64,000 bases of DNA, taken from positions 44,924 through 108,923 of the forward strand of contig JBJKXM010000004.1 in NCBI GenBank assembly GCA_045561575.1. Reading direction: 5' to 3'. A model generated the notes under the pieces. It was not told the DNA's origin. It made no database searches and saw nothing but the letters and a program-made list of their open reading frames with translations. A program made the position numbers and the translations under genes. Of this stretch, positions 1 through 9,562 are shown piece after piece; position 1 is the first letter of the stretch, and each line of letters begins with the position of its first letter. This DNA is from Flavobacteriales bacterium. Its GTDB lineage: Bacteria; Bacteroidota; Bacteroidia; Flavobacteriales; BACL11.

Positions 1-305
1 ATGTAAAATACCACCCTGGAAAATACTTATTTGCTTGGAATCCAAAATCATCAACAGAAAATGAAAGAAATACTGTTGTAATAAAAAACAGTGATATTGA
101 AATTTTATGTAGACAAATTGCAGGTTTTTTAGCAAGAAGAATAGTTTGCTACTCAAAAAAATCTAAAAATGCATCTGCAACTAATGAACTTGGATTTATA
201 AAATTTGGATCTAGAGTTGATTTATTTCTTCCATTAGGTACTAAAATTAACACCAAAATTAATAATAACGTAACTGGTGGTATAAGCATTATAGGCACAT
301 ATTAA
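1..305 (+). CDS. psd: phosphatidylserine decarboxylase, C-terminal part (5' end lies outside the window)
   Basis: Frame 3 is open from the window edge to TAA at 303-305. The translation ...YHPGKYLFAWNPKSSTENERNTVVIKN...IAGFLARRIVCY...ELGFIKFGSRVDLFLPLGT... resembles the C-terminal half of Bacteroidota Psd proenzymes, including the FGS-type processing region. It is absent from the ORF track because it has no start codon. Confidence 0.7.
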   Translation, partial: VKYHPGKYLFAWNPKSSTENERNTVVIKNSDIEILCRQIAGFLARRIVCYSKKSKNASATNELGFIKFGSRVDLFLPLGTKINTKINNNVTGGISIIGTY

Positions 306-322
306 TTTTAAATAAAATTTGA

Positions 323-330
323 TATATTTG
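323..330 (+). promoter_or_regulatory. Bacteroidota -7 promoter box (TAnnTTTG)
   Basis: tatatttg lies 22 nt upstream of the ATG at 353. Confidence 0.45.
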
Positions 331-352
331 TATTGAACAAAACAAAGATATT

Positions 353-823
353 ATGAAAAAATCAACATCAACTATTATTGCTTTTACTCTAGCATTTTTT
401 ATTTCTTTATCAATTAATGCTCAAACAACTGCAACTAATGTTAAAAAAACTACAGAGTCTGAATGTGTAGATAAAAAAGAAAAAGAATGTACAAAATCAA
501 ACAAAGGATTTAGTTTCTCTTCAAAGAAGACTAAATCTGAAAGCTGTTGTAAGTCTAAAAATAATAAATCAGCACAAAAAACATCTTGTGATTCAAAAGC
601 ACAAAAAACATCTTGTGATTCAAAAGCACAAAAAACATCTTGTGATTCAAAAGCACAAAATGCATCAAATAGTAAAGCAAAACAATCTTCTTGCTGTTCA
701 AAAACAGCAAAAGCTTCAAACAGAGATGCTGCTGCCAAAGTAAGACAAGCAATCGCAAAAGGTGAAATAACTCCTGAACAAGGAAATGCTAGATTAGCAA
801 GACTTCAAAAAAGTAATAAATAA
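353..823 (+). CDS. secreted Cys/Lys/Ser-rich repeat protein, function unknown
   Basis: N-terminal signal peptide (MKKSTSTIIAFTLAFFISLSINAQ). The mature part is low-complexity with 9 Cys, including two CC pairs and three perfect KTSCDSKAQ repeats. The C-terminus is helical-looking (AAAKVRQAIAKGEITPEQGNARLARLQ). A promoter box lies upstream and a strong terminator downstream. Confidence 0.6.
   Translation: MKKSTSTIIAFTLAFFISLSINAQTTATNVKKTTESECVDKKEKECTKSNKGFSFSSKKTKSESCCKSKNNKSAQKTSCDSKAQKTSCDSKAQKTSCDSKAQNASNSKAKQSSCCSKTAKASNRDAAAKVRQAIAKGEITPEQGNARLARLQKSNK
572..660 (+). repeat. perfect 27-bp in-frame tandem repeat, 3 full copies plus an 8-nt partial copy
   Basis: The unit gcacaaaaaacatcttgtgattcaaaa occurs at 572-598, 599-625 and 626-652, followed by gcacaaaa at 653-660. 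It encodes the (A)QKTSCDSK(A) repeats. Confidence 0.95.
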
Positions 824-844
824 TTTAATTATTAATTTACAATT

Positions 845-873
845 AAGCCACTTGTTTGAGTGGCTTTTTTTTT
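845..873 (+). terminator. rho-independent terminator
   Basis: Stem aagccac (845-851) pairs with gtggctt (861-867), followed by a T-run to 873. Confidence 0.8.
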
Positions 874-876
874 ATC

Positions 877-1518
877 ATGGAATTTTTAGACAAAAAAATT
901 GAAGAATATATTCAATTAAAAACAACTCAAGAATCAAAATTACTTTCAAAATTAAATAGGGAAACTTGGGCAAAAGTTTTAATGCCTAGAATGTTATCTG
1001 GACATGTTCAAGGAAGGGTCCTAAGCTTATTTAGTAATTTGATAAAGCCTAAAAACATAATAGAGATAGGTACATATACAGGCTACTCAGCTCTATGCTT
1101 AGTAGAAGGTATTTCTGAGATGGGTGAACTTCACACAATTGAAATAAACGAAGAACATGCATTAATTGCTGAAAAATATTTTAAGGAATCCAAATACCAA
1201 AAAAATATCATACAGCATATTGGAAGCGCAATAAATATTATTCCGAAAATTGACAAAAAATTTCAGCTTGCCTTTATAGATGCAGATAAAGAAAATTATT
1301 CGAATTATTTTGATCTCATAATTAATAAAATAGATATCAATGGAATAATCATAGCTGATAATGTTTTATGGAGTGGAAAAGTAATAGAATCAGATATGGA
1401 TAATGAAACTAAACAATTAGATTTGTACAATCAAAAAATTATGAATGACAAAAGGGTAGAAAATGTTTTATTCTCAGTTAGAGATGGTCTTATGATATGT
1501 AGAAAAATTAAAGAATAA
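877..1518 (+). CDS. class I SAM-dependent O-methyltransferase (caffeoyl-CoA OMT-like, family 3)
   Basis: Motifs IIEIGTYTGYSALCL and LAFIDADKENY...IIADNVLWSGKV. The start is moved from the track's TTG at 856, which lies inside the upstream terminator hairpin, to the ATG at 877 (MEFLDKK). Confidence 0.8.
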   Translation: MEFLDKKIEEYIQLKTTQESKLLSKLNRETWAKVLMPRMLSGHVQGRVLSLFSNLIKPKNIIEIGTYTGYSALCLVEGISEMGELHTIEINEEHALIAEKYFKESKYQKNIIQHIGSAINIIPKIDKKFQLAFIDADKENYSNYFDLIINKIDINGIIIADNVLWSGKVIESDMDNETKQLDLYNQKIMNDKRVENVLFSVRDGLMICRKIKE

Positions 1519-2685
1519 ATGGTTGATTTAAACAATAATATTAATGCTTTTAATGACAAATCAAACACTGATTTAAATAGAGCTTGGTTATTATTTTTAA
1601 CAATAAGCAATCCTACAATATCAAAAATTTTAACTAATTTACTTCAAATAGCAATATCTCTTAAACTACCTATTAACTATTTAGTTAAAATATCTATTTT
1701 CAAACAATTTTGTGGAGGAGAAACAATTACAGAAAGTAAAAAAACAATTGATAAACTTTGGAAATCCAAAATTGGATCAATTTTAGACTATTCAGCTGAG
1801 GGAAAACAAAATGATAGTGATTTTAAAAGTGTTTATGATCAAGGAATTAAAATCTTAAATGAATCAGAAAACAAAAATTATATACCATTTGTTGTTTTTA
1901 AATTGACAGGGCTTATAAATTTTGAAATTCTTGAAAAGAAAAATAAAAACATCTTACTAGATCAATCTGAGGAACACACATATAATATATTCTTAAAAAG
2001 ACTAGAACAAATTTGTGATAAAGCAAAAGAAATAAATACTCCTGTTTTTATTGATGCTGAAGAAAGTTGGATTCAAAATGCTGTAGATGAAATTGTCTTA
2101 AATCTTATGAAAAAATATAATCATGAAAATGTTTTAATATTTAATACTATACAAATGTATAGGAAAGATAGAGTAGATTATCTAAACAAGATTATTGATA
2201 TTGGAAATAAAGAGAAATTTAAAATTGGCTTAAAAATAGTTAGAGGCGCATACCATGAAAAGGAAATTGATAGAGCAAAAAAATACAACTATAATATTCC
2301 TGTTCATTTAAAAAAAGAAGATACTGATAAAGATTTTAATAAAGCTTTAGAAATTTGCGTACAAAATATTGATCGAATTTCTATATGCTCAGGAACACAC
2401 AATATAAAAAGTTCTGAATATTTAATTAGATTGATGAAAGAAAATGGCATAAAAAGTAACGATAAAAGAATTTATTCATCTCAACTTCTTGGCATGAGTG
2501 ATAACATTTCTTATAATTTAGCTAAAACTAATTATAATGTATGTAAATATGTTCCATATGGGCCAATCAAAGAAGTTATCCCATATCTTATAAGAAGAGC
2601 TGAGGAAAACAGATCAATTTCAGGACAAATGAGTCGTGAATTATCTAATATTATTAAAGAAAAGAAAAGGAGAAGGGAAATCTAA
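1519..2685 (+). CDS. proline dehydrogenase (monofunctional)
   Basis: FKQFCGGET...ILDYSAEGK near the N-terminus and LLGMSDN...YVPYGP..EVIPYLIRRAEENRSISGQ at the C-terminus are typical of flavobacterial PRODH. Confidence 0.8.
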   Translation: MVDLNNNINAFNDKSNTDLNRAWLLFLTISNPTISKILTNLLQIAISLKLPINYLVKISIFKQFCGGETITESKKTIDKLWKSKIGSILDYSAEGKQNDSDFKSVYDQGIKILNESENKNYIPFVVFKLTGLINFEILEKKNKNILLDQSEEHTYNIFLKRLEQICDKAKEINTPVFIDAEESWIQNAVDEIVLNLMKKYNHENVLIFNTIQMYRKDRVDYLNKIIDIGNKEKFKIGLKIVRGAYHEKEIDRAKKYNYNIPVHLKKEDTDKDFNKALEICVQNIDRISICSGTHNIKSSEYLIRLMKENGIKSNDKRIYSSQLLGMSDNISYNLAKTNYNVCKYVPYGPIKEVIPYLIRRAEENRSISGQMSRELSNIIKEKKRRREI

Positions 2686-3092
2686 TTTTTACAAACTTCA
2701 CTATCATTTAATGAAATATTCATAACCGTTACTTTTTTAGTTTTTGAACAGTATTCAAACATTACTTCAAAAAAATCTTCTTCAATTTGATTTTCAATTA
2801 AATAAAGTTGACATGGTTCTTGTTCCTTATTACTTTTTGAAAAATTAACATCTCCTCCATCTAGAATAGATAATACATCAGATTTATCTATATCGAAATA
2901 AACTAATTGACATTCTGCAGTTGTTGAAAAAAAAGGTTGATCCTTTTTTAAATGATAAATTACTCTTTTATTAATATTAAAATAATCAATATAAGCATAG
3001 AATGTATTTTTCAATCTGTTTTCAGGTCCTAGGGAAAGAAAAAAAATACTAATCAAAGCACCAAAACCAAATAAAACAATTCTTTTTATCAT
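2682..3092 (-). CDS. hypothetical N-terminally membrane-anchored protein
   Basis: 136-aa ORF with one N-terminal hydrophobic helix (IVLFGFGALISIFFLSL) and 4 Cys. It converges on the previous gene with a 4-nt overlap. I do not recognise a family. Confidence 0.5.
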   Translation of the reverse strand: MIKRIVLFGFGALISIFFLSLGPENRLKNTFYAYIDYFNINKRVIYHLKKDQPFFSTTAECQLVYFDIDKSDVLSILDGGDVNFSKSNKEQEPCQLYLIENQIEEDFFEVMFEYCSKTKKVTVMNISLNDSEVCKN

Positions 3093-3094
3093 TT

Positions 3095-3517
3095 TTAATT
3101 GTATTCTTTAATATTGATTATCCTATTATTATCATCTAATTTCATATTAATTTTAAGATAATTAGTTGGAAGCAAATCTTCTAGTTTTTCAGGCCACTCA
3201 ATAAAACAATAAGAAGAACTAAAAAAATACTCTTCATATCCTATATCAAATACCTCATCTTGTTTTTCAGTTCTATAAAAATCAAAATGATATATTATGT
3301 CATCATTTACATTTGAGTACTGATTTACAATAGAAAAAGTTGGGCTAGAGACAACATCAGAAACCCCTAACTCTTTACAAAACTTTTTAATAAATGATGT
3401 TTTGCCTACCCCCATTTCACCATAAAAAAGAAAAACCTTTGAATTATATTTCTCAAGAATCATTTTTGCAACAGCACACAATTCTTCTTCTTGTTTTATA
3501 ATAAATTTTAAACTCAT
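3095..3517 (-). CDS. tsaE: tRNA t6A37 biosynthesis ATPase TsaE
   Basis: P-loop GEMGVGKTSFIK, followed by SPTFSIVNQY and HFDFYR, in a ~140-aa protein. Confidence 0.9.
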   Translation of the reverse strand: MSLKFIIKQEEELCAVAKMILEKYNSKVFLFYGEMGVGKTSFIKKFCKELGVSDVVSSPTFSIVNQYSNVNDDIIYHFDFYRTEKQDEVFDIGYEEYFFSSSYCFIEWPEKLEDLLPTNYLKINMKLDDNNRIINIKEYN

Positions 3518-5059
3518 TATTTTGGTTCCATAACAATTACGGGAAGCAACATCTCCTCTAAAGAAACTCCACCGTGTTGATAAGTATTTTTATAAAATTA
3601 ACGTATTTATTATAGTTATTCTGATATACAAAATACAAATCTTCTTTTGCAAAGATATACTTACTACTTATATTTTGTTTGGGCAAGAAAAATTTTAAAG
3701 GATCATTACTTCAAATACCTCATTTGAATTATAATTTAAATTTTTACCTTGTTTGTATCTTAAATTTGGATTTACTCGCTTATCCCCTATCACTTTTGAT
3801 GGTTTATTTACATTTATTGTACCATGATCAGTTGTTATGACAATTTTAGACCCCTGTTCTGCAATTTTAGAGATAATATCATAAAGTGGTGAATGCTCAA
3901 ACCAAGAAGATGTTAGCGATCTATAAGCAGAGTCATCATCTGCTAATTCCTTTATTACTTTCATCTCTGTTCTTGCATGTGAAAGCATATCAACAAAATT
4001 ATAAACTATAACATTTAAAGCATTATGTTTCATATTTTCAATTTTATTAATAACCTTTCTTCCAAAATCAATATTTGTGATCTTAGTGTAGGTAGATTTA
4101 AATTGATTCAAATTACATCTACTTAAATTATCAATTAAAAAATCTTCTTCAAACATATTTTTTCCGCCTTCATCCTCATCATTTAGCCATTTATCCGGAT
4201 ATTTATTTGCAATTTCTGACGGTTTTAAACCTGAAAAAATAGAGTTCCTGGAGTATTGTGTAGAAGTAGGCAATATACTCATATACATATCATCATCGAT
4301 GATTTTAAATTTTTCTAATACCTTACCTTCAATAACTTTCCACTGATCATATCTTAAGTTATCTATTAATAATAAGTAAACAGGTTTTTCATTACTTAAA
4401 TAAGGAAAAACTTTTTTTTTCAATAAATTATGAGATAATAAAGGGGAATTATTTTCATTAATCCAGTTTTCATAATTTTTAGATATAAATCTGAAAAATT
4501 GAGAATTAGCCTCTGTTTTTTGCATTGAAATAATTTCATCAATGCTATTATCATTTGATTTCTCAAGTTCTAACTCCCAAAAAATTATTCTTTTATACAC
4601 ATCACACCACTCTTCAAATGACAAATTAGAAGATAGTTGTAGAGAAATATTTCTAAATTCTTGCTGATAACCTCTAGCAATCTTTTCATCTACTAATCTT
4701 GATGAATCTAAATTCTTTTTTATAGATAAAAGTATTTGACTAGGATTGACAGGTTTAATTAAATAATCAGATATTTTAGACCCAATAGCTTCCTCCATTA
4801 TACTTTCTTCTTCACTTTTGGTAATCATAACAACTGGAATATTATTAAACTTATCTTTAATTATATATAAAGTTTCAAGCCCAGATAAACCAGGCATATT
4901 CTCATCTAAAAAAATAAGATTAAATGAATTATTTTCAATGATTTCAAGAGCTTCATCACCACTTTTGGCGGTAGTTAAATTATATCCTTTTGACTGTAAA
5001 TAAATTACATGTGGTTTTAGTAATTCTATTTCATCATCTACCCAAAGTATATTATTCAT
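3517..5059 (-). pseudogene. porX: PorX-like T9SS response regulator (CheY receiver + PglZ/alkaline-phosphatase-like domain), interrupted by two 1-nt frameshifts
   Basis: The 454-aa ORF (3695-5059) has a receiver domain (ILWVDDE...LDENMPGLSG) and a PglZ-like body, but ends prematurely at ...NSNEVFEVMIL. A second frame continues with NDPLKFFLPKQNISSKYIFAKEDLYFVYQNNYNKYVNF. A third frame continues with YKNTYQHGGVSLEEMLLPVIVMEPK*, with its stop at 3517-3519 overlapping the tsaE ATG as TAATG. Restoring 2 nt gives about 514 aa, the usual PorX length. Confidence 0.8.
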
Positions 5060-5108
5060 CTTTAAAATATTTTATACGAAAATTAAAAAAAAACATCTAT
5101 TTTAGATT

Positions 5109-6350
5109 ATGCATTCTAATAAAAGAGCAAAAATAATTAATGACCCAATTTACGGATTTATTGAGATAGATAAAGGTATAATAAATGATCTTATTAATCA
5201 TAATTATTTTCAAAGATTAAGAAGAATATCTCAACTTGGACTTTCCTATTTAGTATACCCTGGAGCAGAACATTCTAGATTTCAGCATGCTCTTGGCTGC
5301 TTACACTTGATGAAAAAAGCACTAGATATTCTTGAAAAAAAGGGTCAAAAAATTACATCTGATGAGAAAACGGCAGTTAAAATAGCAATATTACTACATG
5401 ATATAGGGCATTCACCATTTTCGCATGCACTTGAAAGAACATTAATCAAAAATATAAGTCATGAAGAAATAACTCTTCTTTATTTACATAGATTTAACGA
5501 AATTTTTGATGGAAAATTATCTTTAGCTATTAAAATTTTTACTGATAATTATAATAAAAAATTTCTAAATCAATTAGTCTCTTCTCAACTTGATATTGAC
5601 AGATTAGATTACTTAAAAAGAGATAGTTTTTTTACTGGAGTTGCTGAAGGCAATATCGGAGTTGACAGAATCATTAATATGTTGAATGTAGAAAATGATA
5701 TGCTTGTAATCGAAGAAAAAGGAATATATTCTATTGAAAAATTCTTACTTGCCAGAAGATTAATGTATTGGCAAGTCTACCTTCATAAAACTGTTCTTTC
5801 TTCAGAGTTTATGTTGATAAAACTGATTCAACGAGCCGTTTATCTTGTAAAAAATCAACAAAAAATATATTTATCTCCAGAACTTGATTATTTTTTAAAA
5901 AATGAATTCACTCTTGAAGAATTAAAAAATGACAATAGTTTTTTAGAAAAATTCTCAAAAATGGATGATTATGAAATTTTCACATGTTTAAAATACTGGA
6001 TTGGCAGTAATGATTATGTATTATCAAATTTGTCAAAGAAAATTCTCAACAGAGATTTACTTAAGATTAAAATTCAAAAAAATAGTTTTGATATAACAAA
6101 AATTAAAGAATGTAAAGAAATAATGATAAATAACGAAAAAATTACCTCACATGAAGTTGATTTTTTTATTTTTTCTGAAAAAGTAAGTAATAGTCTATAC
6201 ACTACTAACGATGATAATATTAAAATTCTGTTTAAAGACGGTAGTATTAAAGATTTCTCTAATTCATCCGAACAATTTGATAATAAAGTGTTTAGTAAAA
6301 CAATAAATAAATACTTTTTTTGTTTTCCTAAAGAATATTTTATAGAATAA
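5109..6350 (+). CDS. HD-domain phosphohydrolase (dNTP triphosphohydrolase-like)
   Basis: HSRFQHALGCLHLM, LLHDIGHSPFSH and DRLDYLKRDSFFTG motifs. Confidence 0.8.
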   Translation: MHSNKRAKIINDPIYGFIEIDKGIINDLINHNYFQRLRRISQLGLSYLVYPGAEHSRFQHALGCLHLMKKALDILEKKGQKITSDEKTAVKIAILLHDIGHSPFSHALERTLIKNISHEEITLLYLHRFNEIFDGKLSLAIKIFTDNYNKKFLNQLVSSQLDIDRLDYLKRDSFFTGVAEGNIGVDRIINMLNVENDMLVIEEKGIYSIEKFLLARRLMYWQVYLHKTVLSSEFMLIKLIQRAVYLVKNQQKIYLSPELDYFLKNEFTLEELKNDNSFLEKFSKMDDYEIFTCLKYWIGSNDYVLSNLSKKILNRDLLKIKIQKNSFDITKIKECKEIMINNEKITSHEVDFFIFSEKVSNSLYTTNDDNIKILFKDGSIKDFSNSSEQFDNKVFSKTINKYFFCFPKEYFIE

Positions 6351-6356
6351 ACATCA

Positions 6357-6364
6357 TACATTTG
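6357..6364 (+). promoter_or_regulatory. possible -7 box (TAnnTTTG)
   Basis: tacatttg lies only 5 nt before the lpxD ATG, which would imply a near-leaderless transcript. This is a weak call. Confidence 0.25.
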
Positions 6365-6369
6365 TTTTC

Positions 6370-7392
6370 ATGAATTACACTGTAAAAAAAATAGCAGAAA
6401 TTTTAGGTGGTAAAGTCATAGGAAATAGAGAAACTATTATTAACAATATTGGTAAGATTGAAGATGCTAATATTGGTGACATTAGTTTTATATCAAACCC
6501 AAAATATGAAAAGTTTTTATACACAACTAATGCTTCATGTATTGTAATAAACCAAGATCTTAAATTAAATTCAGAAACTAATATGACTAGAATTTTAGTT
6601 AAAGACTCATATGTAGCTTTATCAAAGTTAACAGAACTCTTTTCAGTTCAAGAAATAGAAAAGAATTCAATTTCAGAAAATTCAGTAATAGATTCTTCTT
6701 CTAAAATTGGAATAAATGCACATATTGGGCATTTTTCTATAATTGGAAAAAACTGTTCTATTGGCAAAAACGTTAAAATTTATAATAACTGTATTATTGG
6801 AACAAATGTAATTATCAGAGACAACACCATAATTTATTCTAATGCTTGTATAAAAGACAACTGTATTATTGGTGAAAATAACATTATTCACTCTGGAGCA
6901 GTTATTGGCTCAGATGGTTTTGGATTTGCTAATAATGGAAATCAATTGAATAAAATAAAACACCTGGGTAATGTTATCACAAAAAGAAATGTTGAAATTG
7001 GAGCAAATACAACAATTGACAAAGCTTCTCTAGGTTCTACAATTATTGAAGAAGGTGTAAAATTAGATAATCTTATACAAATTGGTCATAGTGTAAAAAT
7101 TGGAAAGCACACAGCTATTGCAGGACTTACAGCAATTGCTGGCTCTACTGAAATTGGACAAAATTGCTTAATTGGTGGACAATGTGCCATTACAGGTCAT
7201 ATTAAAATAGGCAACAATGTTAGAATAGCTGGAAATAGTGGTATTGGAGGAAATATTAAAGATAATCAAACTGTTCAAGGAATTTATGCATTTAACAAAC
7301 AAGATTTTCAAAGATCATACATTCTATTTAAGAGATTACCAAAAATTGTAGACAAGATTGATCAAATTAAAAAAGATCTTGATAATTCATGA
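6370..7392 (+). CDS. lpxD: UDP-3-O-(3-hydroxyacyl)glucosamine N-acyltransferase
   Basis: N-terminal LpxD domain followed by hexapeptide repeats, in the conserved position before lpxC/fabZ. Confidence 0.9.
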   Translation: MNYTVKKIAEILGGKVIGNRETIINNIGKIEDANIGDISFISNPKYEKFLYTTNASCIVINQDLKLNSETNMTRILVKDSYVALSKLTELFSVQEIEKNSISENSVIDSSSKIGINAHIGHFSIIGKNCSIGKNVKIYNNCIIGTNVIIRDNTIIYSNACIKDNCIIGENNIIHSGAVIGSDGFGFANNGNQLNKIKHLGNVITKRNVEIGANTTIDKASLGSTIIEEGVKLDNLIQIGHSVKIGKHTAIAGLTAIAGSTEIGQNCLIGGQCAITGHIKIGNNVRIAGNSGIGGNIKDNQTVQGIYAFNKQDFQRSYILFKRLPKIVDKIDQIKKDLDNS

Positions 7393-8774
7393 GACAGAAA
7401 ACAATAAAAAAAAAAGCAAGTATAACTGGCTATGGCATACATACTGGAAAAGAATCTAAAATTACTATCTGCCCAGCAAAAGAAGACACAGGCATTTATT
7501 TTCAAAGAGTTGATTTATTAAATAAGCCTTTAATTAAAGCTGATTTCAGAAATGTTGTTTCAACAAACAGAAGTACCAATATAAAAAAAAATCAAGCACA
7601 AGTAAATACAATTGAACATTTAATGGCTTCAATTTCAGCATCAGAAATTGATAATTTATTAATTAAAATAAACAATATTGAAGTCCCTATACTTGATGGT
7701 TCCTCAAAACCATTTACTGATTTAATAAATTCAGTTGGCCTAAAAGAGCAAAACAATAGTAAAAAATACACCGTAATTAAAAAAAAACATGTTATAGAAT
7801 GTGATGAAACTGATGCTACATATATAGTAGAACCCTCTGATAAATATATTGTTAAAGTTAAATTAGATTATGATAAAAGATTTTTAAAAAATCAAATTGC
7901 AGTATTAGAAGATATTAATAAATTTGAAAACGAAATTTCTCCATCAAGAACATTTAGTTTTCTTGATGAAGTAAGTTCTTTAATTAAAAATAATCTAATT
8001 AAAGGTGGGAATCTTGACAATTCAGTAATAATTGTCAATGAAGATGTAAGTGATGATATTAAAGTTTTATTAATTGAAAAATTTGGAAAAGAAAATTTAA
8101 CATTTGATATAGGAAAGTTATTAAATAAAAAAGAATTTAGGTTTGAAAATGAACCCGCAAGACATAAATTACTTGACTTCATGGGTGATTCCTTTTTATT
8201 TGGATCAAATATTAAAGCAAAAATTACTTGTTTTAAACCCGGGCATAAAAGTAATTTAGAATTTGTTAAAAAATTAAATAAAATAATGAATCAAGAAAAT
8301 TTAAAAATTGCTCCTGAAATTAATTTTAATGAAAAGCCTCATTATAATTTAGATGATATAAAAAAAATTCTTCCTCACAGAGAACCTTTTATTTTTATAG
8401 ATGAAATTAGAGAATTAGGAGATGACTATATTATTGGAGTAAAATACGTAAAAAAAGAAGAAGAGTATTTTAAAGGGCATTTCCCTGCTGAGCCTGTTAT
8501 GCCTGGAGTATTACAGCTTGAAACAATGGCACAAGCTGGTGGAGTATTAATCTTAACTACTGTAGAGAATCCCCAGGATTATCTTACTTTCTTTATGAAA
8601 ATAGATAATGCAAAATTTAAGAAAAAAGTTATTCCTGGAGATACTATTATTTTTAGACTAAACCTTATTTCACCTATTAGAAGAGGATTATGTCATATGC
8701 ATGGAAAAGGGTTTGTTAATGGAGATATTGTTGTAGAAGCTGATCTATTAGCTCAAATTGCCAAAAAAAATTAA
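7389..8774 (+). CDS. lpxC-fabZ: bifunctional UDP-3-O-acyl-GlcNAc deacetylase / 3-hydroxyacyl-ACP dehydratase
   Basis: The N-terminal half is LpxC-like (GYGIHTG...TIEHLMA). The C-terminal part is FabZ (LPHREPFIFID...FKGHFP..PVMPGVLQLETMAQ). This fusion is typical of Bacteroidota. Confidence 0.95.
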   Translation: MRQKTIKKKASITGYGIHTGKESKITICPAKEDTGIYFQRVDLLNKPLIKADFRNVVSTNRSTNIKKNQAQVNTIEHLMASISASEIDNLLIKINNIEVPILDGSSKPFTDLINSVGLKEQNNSKKYTVIKKKHVIECDETDATYIVEPSDKYIVKVKLDYDKRFLKNQIAVLEDINKFENEISPSRTFSFLDEVSSLIKNNLIKGGNLDNSVIIVNEDVSDDIKVLLIEKFGKENLTFDIGKLLNKKEFRFENEPARHKLLDFMGDSFLFGSNIKAKITCFKPGHKSNLEFVKKLNKIMNQENLKIAPEINFNEKPHYNLDDIKKILPHREPFIFIDEIRELGDDYIIGVKYVKKEEEYFKGHFPAEPVMPGVLQLETMAQAGGVLILTTVENPQDYLTFFMKIDNAKFKKKVIPGDTIIFRLNLISPIRRGLCHMHGKGFVNGDIVVEADLLAQIAKKN

Positions 8775-9556
8775 TGCATCGTTCACTTTCATATATTGAT
8801 CCTCAAGCTAATCTAGCAAAAAATGTTGTTGTAGAACCTTTTGTTACAATTGAAAAAAATGTTGAAATAGGAAGTGGAACATGGATAGGGTCGAATGTAA
8901 CCATTATGGAGGGAGCTAGAATTGGAAAAAACTGTGAAATTTTTCCAGGTGCAGTAATTTCTGCAATTCCTCAAGATTTAAAATTTGATGGAGAAGATAG
9001 TTTAGTAATAATTGGTGATAATACTGTAATTAGAGAATGTGCTACTGTAAATAGAGCAACAAAAGTAACAGGTAAAACTATTGTTGGAAATAATTGTTTA
9101 ATTATGGCTTATGCTCACGTTGCTCACGACTGCATTATTGGTGATAATTCAATAATTGTAAATAATGTTGCTTTAGGAGGACATGTAGAAATTGGAGAAT
9201 ATGCAATAGTTGGAGGTTTAAGTGCAATTCATCAATTTGTAAAAATTGGAAGACATACGATGATTTCAGGTGGTTCTTTAGTAAGAAAAGATGTCCCCCC
9301 CTTTGTAAAAGCTGGTAGAGAACCTCTATCATTTGTTGGAATCAACTCAATTGGACTAAGAAGAAGGTCTTTTACAGATGTAGAAATAGGAGAAATTCAA
9401 GATATATACAGAGTATTATATCAAAGAAACTTTAATAATACTCAAGCTATTAACAAAATAGAAATTGATTTTAAAGTTTCAAAAAACAGAGATGAAATCA
9501 TTGATTTTGTTAAAAATTCAGGTAGAGGTATAATGAGAGGATACAATCAAAAATAA
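8774..9556 (+). CDS. lpxA: acyl-ACP--UDP-GlcNAc O-acyltransferase
   Basis: Hexapeptide-repeat left-handed beta-helix protein of 260 aa, in the conserved position after lpxC/fabZ. Confidence 0.9.
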   Translation: MHRSLSYIDPQANLAKNVVVEPFVTIEKNVEIGSGTWIGSNVTIMEGARIGKNCEIFPGAVISAIPQDLKFDGEDSLVIIGDNTVIRECATVNRATKVTGKTIVGNNCLIMAYAHVAHDCIIGDNSIIVNNVALGGHVEIGEYAIVGGLSAIHQFVKIGRHTMISGGSLVRKDVPPFVKAGREPLSFVGINSIGLRRRSFTDVEIGEIQDIYRVLYQRNFNNTQAINKIEIDFKVSKNRDEIIDFVKNSGRGIMRGYNQK

Positions 9557-9562
9557 ATAAAT

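Noticed and set aside
572-660. The 27-bp perfect tandem repeat considered as a possible CRISPR-like or regulatory array
   Set aside because: The copies are directly abutting with no spacers, are in-frame and lie inside a coding region. This is a coding minisatellite, not a CRISPR array.
421-758. Two minus-strand ORFs (421-738 and 555-758) antisense to the Cys-rich repeat gene
   Set aside because: They are shadow ORFs created by the repeat and low-complexity sequence. They have no signal peptide, promoter or terminator logic, whereas the plus-strand gene has all three.
856-876. N-terminal extension of the O-methyltransferase ORF (MSGFFFI...)
   Set aside because: The TTG start lies inside the stem and T-run of the upstream terminator hairpin. 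The ATG at 877 gives a normal N-terminus.
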